From Candidatus Sysuimicrobium tengchongense (GTDB taxonomy: Bacteria > Sysuimicrobiota > Sysuimicrobiia > Sysuimicrobiales > Sysuimicrobiaceae): 64,000 nt of DNA. The notes below the pieces were generated by a model. That model ran no database searches, had not been told where the DNA came from, and worked only from the letters and a program-made list of their open reading frames with translations. Both the position numbers and the translations under genes were made by a program. The stretch lies in NCBI GenBank assembly GCA_031460175.1, contig JAVKGW010000001.1, positions 469,738-533,737 of the forward strand. The letters run 5' to 3'. Shown one piece after another: positions 9,197 through 16,092 of this stretch (position 1 is the stretch's first letter; the number at the start of each line of letters is the position of its first letter).

Positions 9197-9239
9197 AGAG
9201 GGGTGCCGGGGTGGTTAACGGAGCGGTCTTGGAAACCAC
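9197..9239 (+). pseudogene. degenerate 5' half of a tRNA-Ser-like gene (no T-arm, no acceptor 3' strand)
   Basis: By hand alignment, about 35 of 44 positions match nt 1-44 of the tRNA-Ser at 10948 (AGAGGGGTGCCGGGGTGGTTAACGGAGCGGTCTTGGAAACCAC vs GGAGGGGTGCCAGAGTGGTTGAATGGGGCGGTCTTGAAAACCGC). No GGTTCGAATCC follows downstream. Confidence 0.5.
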
Positions 9240-9284
9240 GGAGCACCCGTCTGCCTCCGGGAGCTAGAGCCGCGCCCGCGGCGC

Positions 9285-10409
9285 TCATGACGATCGCTCC
9301 CCCGCACGCACCCACTCCCGCCGCACGGTCACCCGGTCCACCCGGTCCGCCCTCACGCGGGGCGCGATCCCCGCCTCCGTGGGCACGCGGATCGTCCCGT
9401 CGGGCTCCAGCACCACGGGCGGGTCGACGAGGTCCTCCTCGAAGTAGCGGTCGGACGCCGACAGGTCGCCCGGCAGGCGGAAGTTCGGCAGCGACGCCAG
9501 GCTCAGGTTCGCCAGCCGGCCGATCCCCGTCTCCAGCATACCCCCGCACCACACAGGGATCCCGTGGGCGGCGCACACGTCGTGGGTCTCCACCGCGGCC
9601 GTCAGGCCGCCCAGCCGGGCTGGCTTGACGTTCACCACCCGGCAGCTGCCGAGCTCCGCGGCCTTGCGGGCGTCGTGGGGGTGCACGATGGACTCGTCGA
9701 GGCAGAGGGGCGTCCGCAGCCGGGCCTGCAACTTTGCGTGGTCCACCAGATCGTCTTCGCCCAGCGGCTGCTCGATCAGCAGGAGGTTGAGGTCATCCAT
9801 GGCCTCGAAGACCGGGCTGTCCTCCAGGGTGTAGGCGGAGTTGGCGTCCACCTGTAGCGGCAGATCCGGGAAGTGCCTGCGGAGTTCCTCGACCACCTGC
9901 ACGTCCCAACCCGGCCGGATCTTCACCTTCACCCGGCGGTAGCCCCGGGCCACGAACGACTCCACCCGACCCAGCAGGTCCGCCACCGTGGGCTCGATCC
10001 CGAGGCTCACGCCCACCTCCACCCGGTCCCGCACCCCGCCCAATAGTTCCCGCAGGCTTTTGGCCTCCCGCTGCGCGTACAGGTCCCACACCGCCGCCTC
10101 CAGACCCGCCTTGGCCATGTGGTGACGTCGGACGAAGCGCAACCGGTCCCGGACTTCCCGCGGGTGCTGCAGGTCCACCCCCAACAGCGCGGGCGCGAGG
10201 AAGTCCCGGAGCACGTGCCAGGCGGTCTCCACCGTTTCCTCGCTGTGCAGGGGTGCGGCCCTTACGGGTACCTCGCCCCATCCCACGAGCCCGTCCGCGT
10301 GCGCGCAGACCAGGATCGCGCACTTTGTCTCTTCCCGGCCGAAGCGGGTCTCGAACGGGAAGCGGAGCGGCAGCTCGACGACCCGCAGCTCCACCGCCTC
10401 AAGCTTCAT
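9285..10409 (-). CDS. enolase-superfamily o-succinylbenzoate synthase / N-acylamino-acid racemase
   Basis: MKLEAVELRVVELPLRFPFETRFG N-terminus, KVKI..G, VDANSAYTL, IEQPL and LDES metal-ligand/catalytic motifs of the MenC/NAAAR subgroup. ATG at 10409. Confidence 0.8.
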   Translation of the reverse strand: MKLEAVELRVVELPLRFPFETRFGREETKCAILVCAHADGLVGWGEVPVRAAPLHSEETVETAWHVLRDFLAPALLGVDLQHPREVRDRLRFVRRHHMAKAGLEAAVWDLYAQREAKSLRELLGGVRDRVEVGVSLGIEPTVADLLGRVESFVARGYRRVKVKIRPGWDVQVVEELRRHFPDLPLQVDANSAYTLEDSPVFEAMDDLNLLLIEQPLGEDDLVDHAKLQARLRTPLCLDESIVHPHDARKAAELGSCRVVNVKPARLGGLTAAVETHDVCAAHGIPVWCGGMLETGIGRLANLSLASLPNFRLPGDLSASDRYFEEDLVDPPVVLEPDGTIRVPTEAGIAPRVRADRVDRVTVRREWVRAGERSS

Positions 10410-10573
10410 GGGACCGCTCCGGGGCATATGGGAACCCCACCGGCCGCCCCCTCCGAGGACGCGCCGGGCGCCAGGCCGCCAGGGGCTGGTGGGAGGGGAT
10501 CGCCTGGCGGGCGCGGCCGGTTTGGGCGGAGGTTGCCGCGGGAAAAACTGTCCGGAGCCGCACCTGAACTGGG

Positions 10574-10888
10574 TCAGCCGGTGCGGGTCCTGAGGGCTTC
10601 CTGGAGCATGCCGCGGATCTCACGGAGGTCCTCCCGGAGCTCCGCCAGGCGGGCGTCCACCTGGGCGAACCGGGCGTTCATGTCGGAGCGGAGATCGTCA
10701 ATGCGCCGGTGGACGTCATCGAAGCGTACGTTGACGTCGTCGAAGCGCCTGTTGGCATCGTCGAAGCGCCTGTTGACGTCGTCGAAGCGCCTGTGGATGT
10801 CGTCAAAGCGGCGGTTGTTGTACAGGACGGCCACCAGGACCGCGAGGACCACGGTCACCACGATGGTTGCCACCTGGTCCCAGCCCAT
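10574..10888 (-). CDS. small N-terminally anchored coiled-coil protein with heptad RRFDDxN repeats
   Basis: One TM helix (VATIVVTVVLAVLVAVLY) followed by RRFDDIH/RRFDDVN/RRFDDAN/RRFDDVN/VRFDDVH/RRIDDLR. ATG at 10888. Confidence 0.6.
   Translation of the reverse strand: MGWDQVATIVVTVVLAVLVAVLYNNRRFDDIHRRFDDVNRRFDDANRRFDDVNVRFDDVHRRIDDLRSDMNARFAQVDARLAELREDLREIRGMLQEALRTRTG
10694..10819. repeat. six tandem 21-bp (7-codon) repeats inside the coiled-coil gene
   Basis: Unit about GTCGTCGAAGCGCCTGTTGAC. Copies at 10694, 10715, 10736, 10757, 10778 and 10799. In frame, with no spacers. Confidence 0.85.
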
Positions 10889-10947
10889 GGCTCCATGGTA
10901 CCACGTGGGACCGGGCGTAGGCCCTGGGCAGTGGGTACAATCAGGTC

Positions 10948-11037
10948 GGAGGGGTGCCAGAGTGGTTGAATGGGGCGGTCTTGAAAACCGCTAGGACCGA
11001 GAGGTCCTCGGGGGTTCGAATCCCTCCCCCTCCGCCA
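10948..11037 (+). tRNA. tRNA-Ser(UGA): tRNA-Ser (anticodon UGA), class II with long variable arm, CCA encoded
   Basis: Hand-folded cloverleaf. Acceptor GGAGGGG/CCCCTCC, anticodon stem GCGGT/ACCGC with loop CTTGAAA, variable arm GGACC-GAGA-GGTCC, T-arm GGGGG-TTCGAAT-CCCTC, discriminator G plus CCA. Confidence 0.9.
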
Positions 11038-11039
11038 GA
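10985..11039 (+). repeat. attL-like 55-bp direct repeat (anticodon loop to 3' end of tRNA-Ser plus 2 nt)
   Basis: Identical to 26825-26879: AAACCGCTAGGACCGAGAGGTCCTCGGGGGTTCGAATCCCTCCCCCTCCGCCAGA. Confidence 0.9.
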
Positions 11040-11404
11040 AACCCGCTCCAGTACTGGGTCGTGGCGAGCCCCTTTTCCAGGAGGGCGTGGACTTACCCCG
11101 CTTTCGTGGAGAGTGTAGCGCTGAGAGATTCCTGTCCGCTCAACCACCTCCTCTTGAACTCCTCAGGGGATAGGTAACCTAGAGCTGAGTGTCGGCGCCG
11201 GCGGTTGTAGGAGGCTTCCAGGTAGCTGAACAGCACGGAACGGGCCTCCTCCCGGGTTTGGAACCGGTACCGGTCCAGGACCTCCCGGTCCAGGGTGGCG
11301 AAGAACGCCTCCGCACAGGGCGACCTCGTAGGCGTCCCCCTTGCGGCCCATGGACGGCAGGATCCCCGCCGCCCGCAGGCGAGCCCCGAACCGCAGGAGT
11401 GTCT

Positions 11405-11432
11405 CCCCACGAAGTCTTCGGACTTCGTGGGG
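11405..11432. repeat. perfect 12-bp-stem palindrome inside the IS3 remnant (copy 1)
   Basis: CCCCACGAAGTC-TTCG-GACTTCGTGGGG. Confidence 0.85.
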
Positions 11433-11899
11433 CCCCTGGTGTATTGCGCCCCACCACCCACAGCCGGTCCGGCTCGGAGGCCCGGAACTGCTCGGGCCAC
11501 CAGGTCCGGCGCCGGTGTAGCCTGCGGGTCCCGCGCCGTCAACCCGCGTCGCCGGCGCCGGTACGCCCCCGCTAGTCCCGCAGCCCGCATCAGCCGCGCT
11601 CAGTCGCTTGCGCCCGCACCGCACCCCACCGGCCCGCAGCTCCGAGGTCACCCGGGGTGCCCCGTACGTCCCCCGCTACCCTCCCAGATGGGTCGGATCC
11701 GCTCCAGCAGCTCCTGGTCCTCCTGCTTCCGCCGGCTTGGCCTGCGACTGCGCCACGCGTAGTACCCGCTGAGGGAGACCCTCATCTCCCGGCACATCCG
11801 CGCTACCCCGTGGTTCGCCCTCTCCCGCTCCTACCTGGCCAAACGCCTTTGCGGCTTGGACGGTCTTGGGAGCGAAGAAGGCGGCCGCTCCCCCGGGGT

Positions 11900-11926
11900 C
11901 CCCGTGAAGTCGGAGACTTCACGGGG
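11900..11926. repeat. perfect 12-bp-stem palindrome inside the IS3 remnant (copy 2)
   Basis: CCCCGTGAAGTC-GGA-GACTTCACGGGG. Differs from copy 1 by a compensated AC/GT swap in both arms. Confidence 0.85.
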
Positions 11927-12116
11927 TGGCTTCAGGATCTCCCGCTCCTCCCGCAGGATCCGCACTTCCCGCCGATACGGAGGTCTGCTCTTCGGCATCG
12001 TGGACTCCTTTCCTGAGGCTCTTGCCTCTCAGTCTTAGGGTGTCCACGAAATCGGGGCAAGCCTCACATCCGTGATGTGTGTACACCATACCGGACAGTC
12101 CAGGACCGCAGGCCTA

Positions 12117-12485
12117 TCACCGCAGCCGCTCGATCCGCTGCGCCTCGATCTCGTTGTAGAAGGTGTACCGGCCCACCCGCCGGACCTTCTGGAAGACCCC
12201 GGTCACCCGCACTCGTAGCCCGTCCTGCAACCTCTGACGGCCCCAGGCGAAGACCGCCACCGAACTTCCGCCCTCTTCCAGCCGGAAGGTGGTGTAGGGG
12301 TTCCCGGCCCTGGACACCCGCTCCCGGTACCCGGAGATCATCCCTACCACCGTTACCACCTGCCCGTCGTAGCGGTCGGGGTTGCCCAGCAGTGTTGCAA
12401 TGGAAACCAGCTGACCAAAAGCCGAAGAGACCACGAGAACCGCAATCAGCACAGGGATGGTGGGGATGAACCACGGAGCGCGCAT
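12117..12485 (-). CDS. membrane-anchored OB-fold protein
   Basis: N-terminal TM (WFIPTIPVLIAVLVVSSAF), then the pattern I..LL.NP..YDGQVVTVVG.I....E..S..G..YTTF.L.E.G.S.V..F.WG........G..V.V.G.F typical of bacterial OB-fold (BOF/tRNA_anti-like) domains. ATG 12485 is preceded by GAGGAGGTGAGG. Confidence 0.55.
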   Translation of the reverse strand: MRAPWFIPTIPVLIAVLVVSSAFGQLVSIATLLGNPDRYDGQVVTVVGMISGYRERVSRAGNPYTTFRLEEGGSSVAVFAWGRQRLQDGLRVRVTGVFQKVRRVGRYTFYNEIEAQRIERLR

Positions 12486-12520
12486 CGCCTCACCTCCTCT
12501 TACCCCGATCCCAGAATCCC

Positions 12521-13714
12521 TCAGAGCGTGATGCGGGCCCACGGCAGCCAGTCAACCCAGTAATAGCGGTCGCCGGGGCCACGGTACAGAGTTCCCACCT
12601 GGATCTCCCATTCGGCAGTCGCCGGCCGCAGCGCGCTCACCGGCAGGGCCATCCCGATCAGCGCCTCTCGAGCGATCACCGTGAGCCCTTCCACGTGAAC
12701 GGGTTCCACGTTCTCGATCCTGCGGGCTTCGTCCACCAGGACCACACGTCCGAACACGTATCTCCCGGTAGAGGGGAAATACCGTAACCGCCAGCGGGGG
12801 ACGCTCGATCCGGGTAGCCTCCAGCTCACCGATATCTCCGCATCGCCCATGGGTGTCTCATAGAGCGCGATGAACACGAACAGCGCGCCGCTCCTCACCA
12901 CATAATAGGCCTCGCGGATTGCCAGATTCACGGGCGTCCGGATCTCGCCGTTCTGCGGCGTAGGTCCCTTCCGGCCGATGAGTCTCAGCTCCCGCGGGTC
13001 CAGGCCCACGCCGGGTGTTGGCGTCGGAGCCGGCGTCGGAGGAGTCTGGACGACGGGCGGGGTGGTAAGCGCATACGGAGCCTGCAGAGCGAGCCGCGCC
13101 ACGTCCCGCGCGGCCTCGCTCATCACCGCGAATCCGATCCCTGCCGCGCCCCGAATCCTGCTCACCACGATCCCCACCGCCTCACCCCGGCTGTTCAACA
13201 CCGGGCCGCCGCTGTTGCCCGGGTTCACGGAGGCGTCGAACTGCAACAAGCCCTGATCCACCAGCACCCGGCTGACGATCCCCCGCGTGACCGTGAAGTC
13301 GTCAAACCCGATCACCTCCGCCAGGGGATACCCGAGCACCACCACTTCCTCGCCCACCCGGGGACGACCTGCCGCAAGCGGAATGAAGGGCAATCCCTCC
13401 TCCCCTACCCGCAAGGCTGTCACGCCCAGGGCTTGGCTGGTGTGCGCCACGACCGCCACCATGGGCCGGCGATTCGGGAGCCGCACGGTTACCTCGCTCG
13501 CCCCCTCCACCACGTGAGCGGCCGTCAGCAGAAGCCCTCGGGCGTCGTACACAAACACGGATCCCTGACTCAGGCCGCTCCCCGTTCGTGCCACCACGAT
13601 GGCCACCGCAGGCCTTGCCCGGTCCACCAGATCGGCGACTCCCTGCGCGGCAGCCAAACCTGCGAGGAGCACCGCCAAAAGACCTGCTGTCAAAGATCCC
13701 ACAGACCGCTTCAT
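12521..13714 (-). CDS. secreted trypsin-like (S1) serine protease with Pro-rich linker and unassigned C-terminal beta-rich domain
   Basis: Signal peptide. TAAHVV (His), catalytic Asp candidate not pinned (e.g. ...IGFDDF... in the LGYP block), NPGNSGGPV (Ser). A PTPAPTPTP linker is followed by about 170 aa with no motif I recognise. ATG 13714 follows GGAGGTG. Confidence 0.8.
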   Translation of the reverse strand: MKRSVGSLTAGLLAVLLAGLAAAQGVADLVDRARPAVAIVVARTGSGLSQGSVFVYDARGLLLTAAHVVEGASEVTVRLPNRRPMVAVVAHTSQALGVTALRVGEEGLPFIPLAAGRPRVGEEVVVLGYPLAEVIGFDDFTVTRGIVSRVLVDQGLLQFDASVNPGNSGGPVLNSRGEAVGIVVSRIRGAAGIGFAVMSEAARDVARLALQAPYALTTPPVVQTPPTPAPTPTPGVGLDPRELRLIGRKGPTPQNGEIRTPVNLAIREAYYVVRSGALFVFIALYETPMGDAEISVSWRLPGSSVPRWRLRYFPSTGRYVFGRVVLVDEARRIENVEPVHVEGLTVIAREALIGMALPVSALRPATAEWEIQVGTLYRGPGDRYYWVDWLPWARITL

Positions 13715-13726
13715 CTTCCCCACCTC

Positions 13727-14122
13727 CTACCCGACTTGCTCCTTCAGATCCCGTGGCTCCGAACCAGACAGGCGCCTTCCGCCTCGGCTCATGAGCCTTC
13801 CCCTCTGACTCCTGCGCAGGAGCCCCTTCTGCCGCAGCCCGGAGTCCCACTTCACGGTTCGCACCAACCCCTCCCGGCCTACCACCACTGTCAGACCCCG
13901 CAGCCGGTCTGCTTCCCGGGCCAGGCCGAGCCGGAGCAGAAGCCGGTCCGTGATCCGGTACACCAGGTCCCCCTGGTCGTAGGCAGGTTTGGCCTTCAGG
14001 GCCACTTCCAGGTCTTCGGGCCGCACGCCCCGCTGCTGACAACGCCGCCGGGCGTGCTCGCTGAGCGTTACCTCCCGCACAAAATCCACTTCTTCTCTGA
14101 TCTGCCGCCCAAGCCCCGCCAT
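13727..14122 (-). CDS. DUF4258-like small protein (possible toxin-fold)
   Basis: VTLSEHARRRCQQRGVRPEDLEVAL resembles the DUF4258 H-A-x2-R-x3-RGI core. ATG at 14122. Its stop lies 12 nt upstream of the protease ATG at 13714 and sits inside that gene's RBS. The 292-aa track ORF upstream of this ATG looks spurious. Confidence 0.4.
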   Translation of the reverse strand: MAGLGRQIREEVDFVREVTLSEHARRRCQQRGVRPEDLEVALKAKPAYDQGDLVYRITDRLLLRLGLAREADRLRGLTVVVGREGLVRTVKWDSGLRQKGLLRRSQRGRLMSRGGRRLSGSEPRDLKEQVG

Positions 14123-14237
14123 CGGATCCGTCAAAGTGCAGAAGCATGTCCCGGTGGGCTGTTCCTCTGACGGGCCTGCGCGTCTGGCTTCAAGGAACTC
14201 TTCTGCCCTCTGCCGAAGTAGACGCCCAAACCCCTCC

Positions 14238-14265
14238 GGCTCTTTACAGGCCGGGCCGGTTTCTC
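14238..14265 (+). promoter_or_regulatory. island-specific motif copy A (GGCTCTTTACAGGCC-N8-TTCTC) upstream of the sigma gene
   Basis: The same 15-mer plus N8 plus TTCTC is found on the minus strand at 16023-15996. It ends 10 nt before the sigma-factor GTG. Confidence 0.4.
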
Positions 14266-14275
14266 GGAGCGGGGT

Positions 14276-14821
14276 GTGGATCGGGAAGGGGGCCGGGAGG
14301 CCTTCGAACGGTACCGCAGGGGAGAGGCGGAGCCGGACGCACTTCTTGCCTGCCTGCAGGAGGAAGGCCGACACTGGCTGGCCGTCCACTTCCCCAACCT
14401 GCCCGAGGCCGACCGGGAAGACCTCCTCCAGCAGGCCCTGGTGGCCGCCTTCTATGCCCTCCCCCGTCTCCGCGGGGACTCCTACGACCACCTCCGCTCC
14501 TACTTCCTGACGACCCTCCGCTCGAAGGTCACGGATCACCACCGCCGGAGGTACAGGGAGGTGGTGGGACTCCCCGGGGCGTCCGATGGGCCTGCTGAAC
14601 TCCAACAGGAACTCCCGGCACAGGAGCCGTCCGGGTTCGAGGAAGTGGAGCTCCTGATAGACCTCGCCCGGGTGCTTTCTCCGGAGGAGTACCGGGTGGC
14701 CCGGCTCAAGATGGAGGGCTTCTCAGACCGGGACATCGCCCGCATCCTCAGGAAGGCCCCCGGTACCGTGGCCGCCCTCTGGCACCGGTCCCGTCGGAAG
14801 ATCCAGGGATTCGGCACGTGA
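14276..14821 (+). CDS. ECF-type sigma-70 family RNA polymerase sigma factor
   Basis: Region 2 (EDLLQQALVAAFYALPRLRGDSYDHLRSYFLTTLRSKVTDHHRR) and region 4 HTH (LSPEEYRVARLKMEGFSDRDIARILRKAPGTVAALWHRSRRKI). Confidence 0.75.
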   Translation: MDREGGREAFERYRRGEAEPDALLACLQEEGRHWLAVHFPNLPEADREDLLQQALVAAFYALPRLRGDSYDHLRSYFLTTLRSKVTDHHRRRYREVVGLPGASDGPAELQQELPAQEPSGFEEVELLIDLARVLSPEEYRVARLKMEGFSDRDIARILRKAPGTVAALWHRSRRKIQGFGT

Positions 14822-14849
14822 AGGCCTCGGCCTCGGAGGGTGCAGACCT

Positions 14850-15785
14850 CTACGGGGTCCCGAGCCCCCGGGGACTCCCACTACAGCCGGATCTCGGCCC
14901 GGGATCCCTGGGCACGTTCGGTCGTCCGAGAGCATGAGTCAGGGCCAACCGCGCCACTTCCAGATCCTCGGGATGCGGTCGAGCGGTGGTCAGGCGCTGG
15001 ACCCACAGCCCCGGCAGGAGGACGAACCGGATCCGGGGCTCCGCGAAAGCCGTGAGCCTGAGGATCTCCCCCCAGGCGAGGGCCCAAAGCTGGATCAGCC
15101 CCCTCGTTTGCCCTGTGACCACGTAGCCCGCGGCTAGGAACGGGAGGCTGGCGACCGCGAGAGTGGCCCCACACCGTGTGGAGATCGGCTCCGGCGGCTC
15201 GTCGGGGGCCAGTTCCGGTCCCACCACCACATGCTCGGCTCCGTGCAGCCGCCGCAACCGCTGTATTGCGGACCACGGGCCGGCCATCGCGCGTACAAGG
15301 CCGAGCAGCACAAGCCATCCCCCGACGGCGGGAAACAGCCACCACCGGAGTGAGAACGCCCTCGGCGGCCCCCACAACGTCCACGCACAGCCCACGCGCG
15401 GCCCCACCACCATGATTCCGGACGGGAAGCTCATGGCCCACCATACCCGGGGCTCCCATCCTTTTCGGTAGATGTGCCCGGCAGCGATCCCCGCGCCCCA
15501 GGCGCTCATGAACGCGTCCCACCACCCCGCCCCGGTCTCCGGCCATCCGTTAAGACCAGCCGCCAGCCCCCAGAGAACGCCAGCACCGCAGGCCAACCCG
15601 ATCCGAAAACGGCCCCACCAGAGCGTGGCCAACCAGACCGCGAGTGAGGCCAGGCCGACAGGCAGCGCCGCTGCGTTCGGGAGGAACCTCCCTACGCCCA
15701 ACGCCGCGAGGCAGGAGGCCGTGATACACGCGACCTTCCATGCTTCGCGTCCCGAAGCCCCGTGCCTCAGAGGTCGTCCGTCCAT
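14850..15785 (-). CDS. polytopic membrane protein with DUF1385-like C-terminal half
   Basis: LHGAEHVVV...STRCGATLAV...GLWVQRLTTARPHPEDLEVARLAL matches the DUF1385 HGAEHK / RCGT / LQ.LTT.EP..Q.EVA motifs. The N-terminal half is W/G-rich TM helices. Start assumed at ATG 15785; the track ORF extends to 16106. Confidence 0.5.
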   Translation of the reverse strand: MDGRPLRHGASGREAWKVACITASCLAALGVGRFLPNAAALPVGLASLAVWLATLWWGRFRIGLACGAGVLWGLAAGLNGWPETGAGWWDAFMSAWGAGIAAGHIYRKGWEPRVWWAMSFPSGIMVVGPRVGCAWTLWGPPRAFSLRWWLFPAVGGWLVLLGLVRAMAGPWSAIQRLRRLHGAEHVVVGPELAPDEPPEPISTRCGATLAVASLPFLAAGYVVTGQTRGLIQLWALAWGEILRLTAFAEPRIRFVLLPGLWVQRLTTARPHPEDLEVARLALTHALGRPNVPRDPGPRSGCSGSPRGLGTP

Positions 15786-15953
15786 GGTCCCAAAAGGACG
15801 CGCCTCCCGAAAAGCCGCACATCCCGTGGAGAACTTCCGGCCTCCTCCACCTGGCATGAGCCGCTCGGTCGCGAGGAGCAACCTCCCCGTCCTTCTTACC
15901 GGAAGGCCTTTGTCAGTAGCCTCTGTTTTTCGGAGACGTCCGGGCCGGCCGGG

Positions 15954-16023
15954 TTCTTTACAGGGCCCTGAAAAGTCGGTCCGGAAAGACCGGATGAGAA
16001 TTCCCCTGGGCCTGTAAAGAGCC
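15954..16023. promoter_or_regulatory. inverted pair of the CTTTACAGG(G)CC motif with nested TCCGG-AAAGA-CCGGA hairpin, in the divergent intergenic region
   Basis: TTCTTTACAGGGCC (15954-15967) faces GGCCTGTAAAGAGCC (16009-23). The latter, plus TTCTC at 15996-16000 (minus strand), is motif copy B. Confidence 0.4.
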
Positions 16024-16092
16024 CGACCCCCGACGGGCGTCTCCACATTCGGAGGGCACTGTGCAAAACCATCTGGTTCGGGGAGGCGCCAC

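Larger units (their letters stand above)
11088..12066 (-). mobile_element. IS3-family insertion sequence remnant (both terminal inverted repeats present, transposase destroyed)
   Basis: The two element ends, each read inward 5'->3': TGAGGCTTGCCCCGATTTCGTGGACACCC (minus strand, beginning at 12066) and TGGACTTACCCCGCTTTCGTGGAGAGTG (plus strand, beginning at 11088). Interior fragments in three frames: REEREILK..AAAFFA, YGAPRVTSELRAGGVRCGRKR, PAPDLV, AAGILPSMGRKGDAYE, EAFFATLDREV..YNRRRRHSALGYLSPEEF. The DDE core is largely missing. Confidence 0.8.

Noticed and set aside
10694-10819. Possible CRISPR array or other non-coding repeat array, suggested by regular 21-bp periodicity.
   Set aside because: The repeats are contiguous with no spacers. 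They are a multiple of 3, in frame and encode a clean heptad peptide repeat inside an ORF that has a TM anchor and a good start.
13727-14605. 292-aa ORF spanning the divergent intergenic region and overlapping the sigma-factor gene on the opposite strand.
   Set aside because: Only the last 131 codons (from ATG 14122) look protein-like. The upstream part runs antisense through the sigma gene 5' end and the promoter region.
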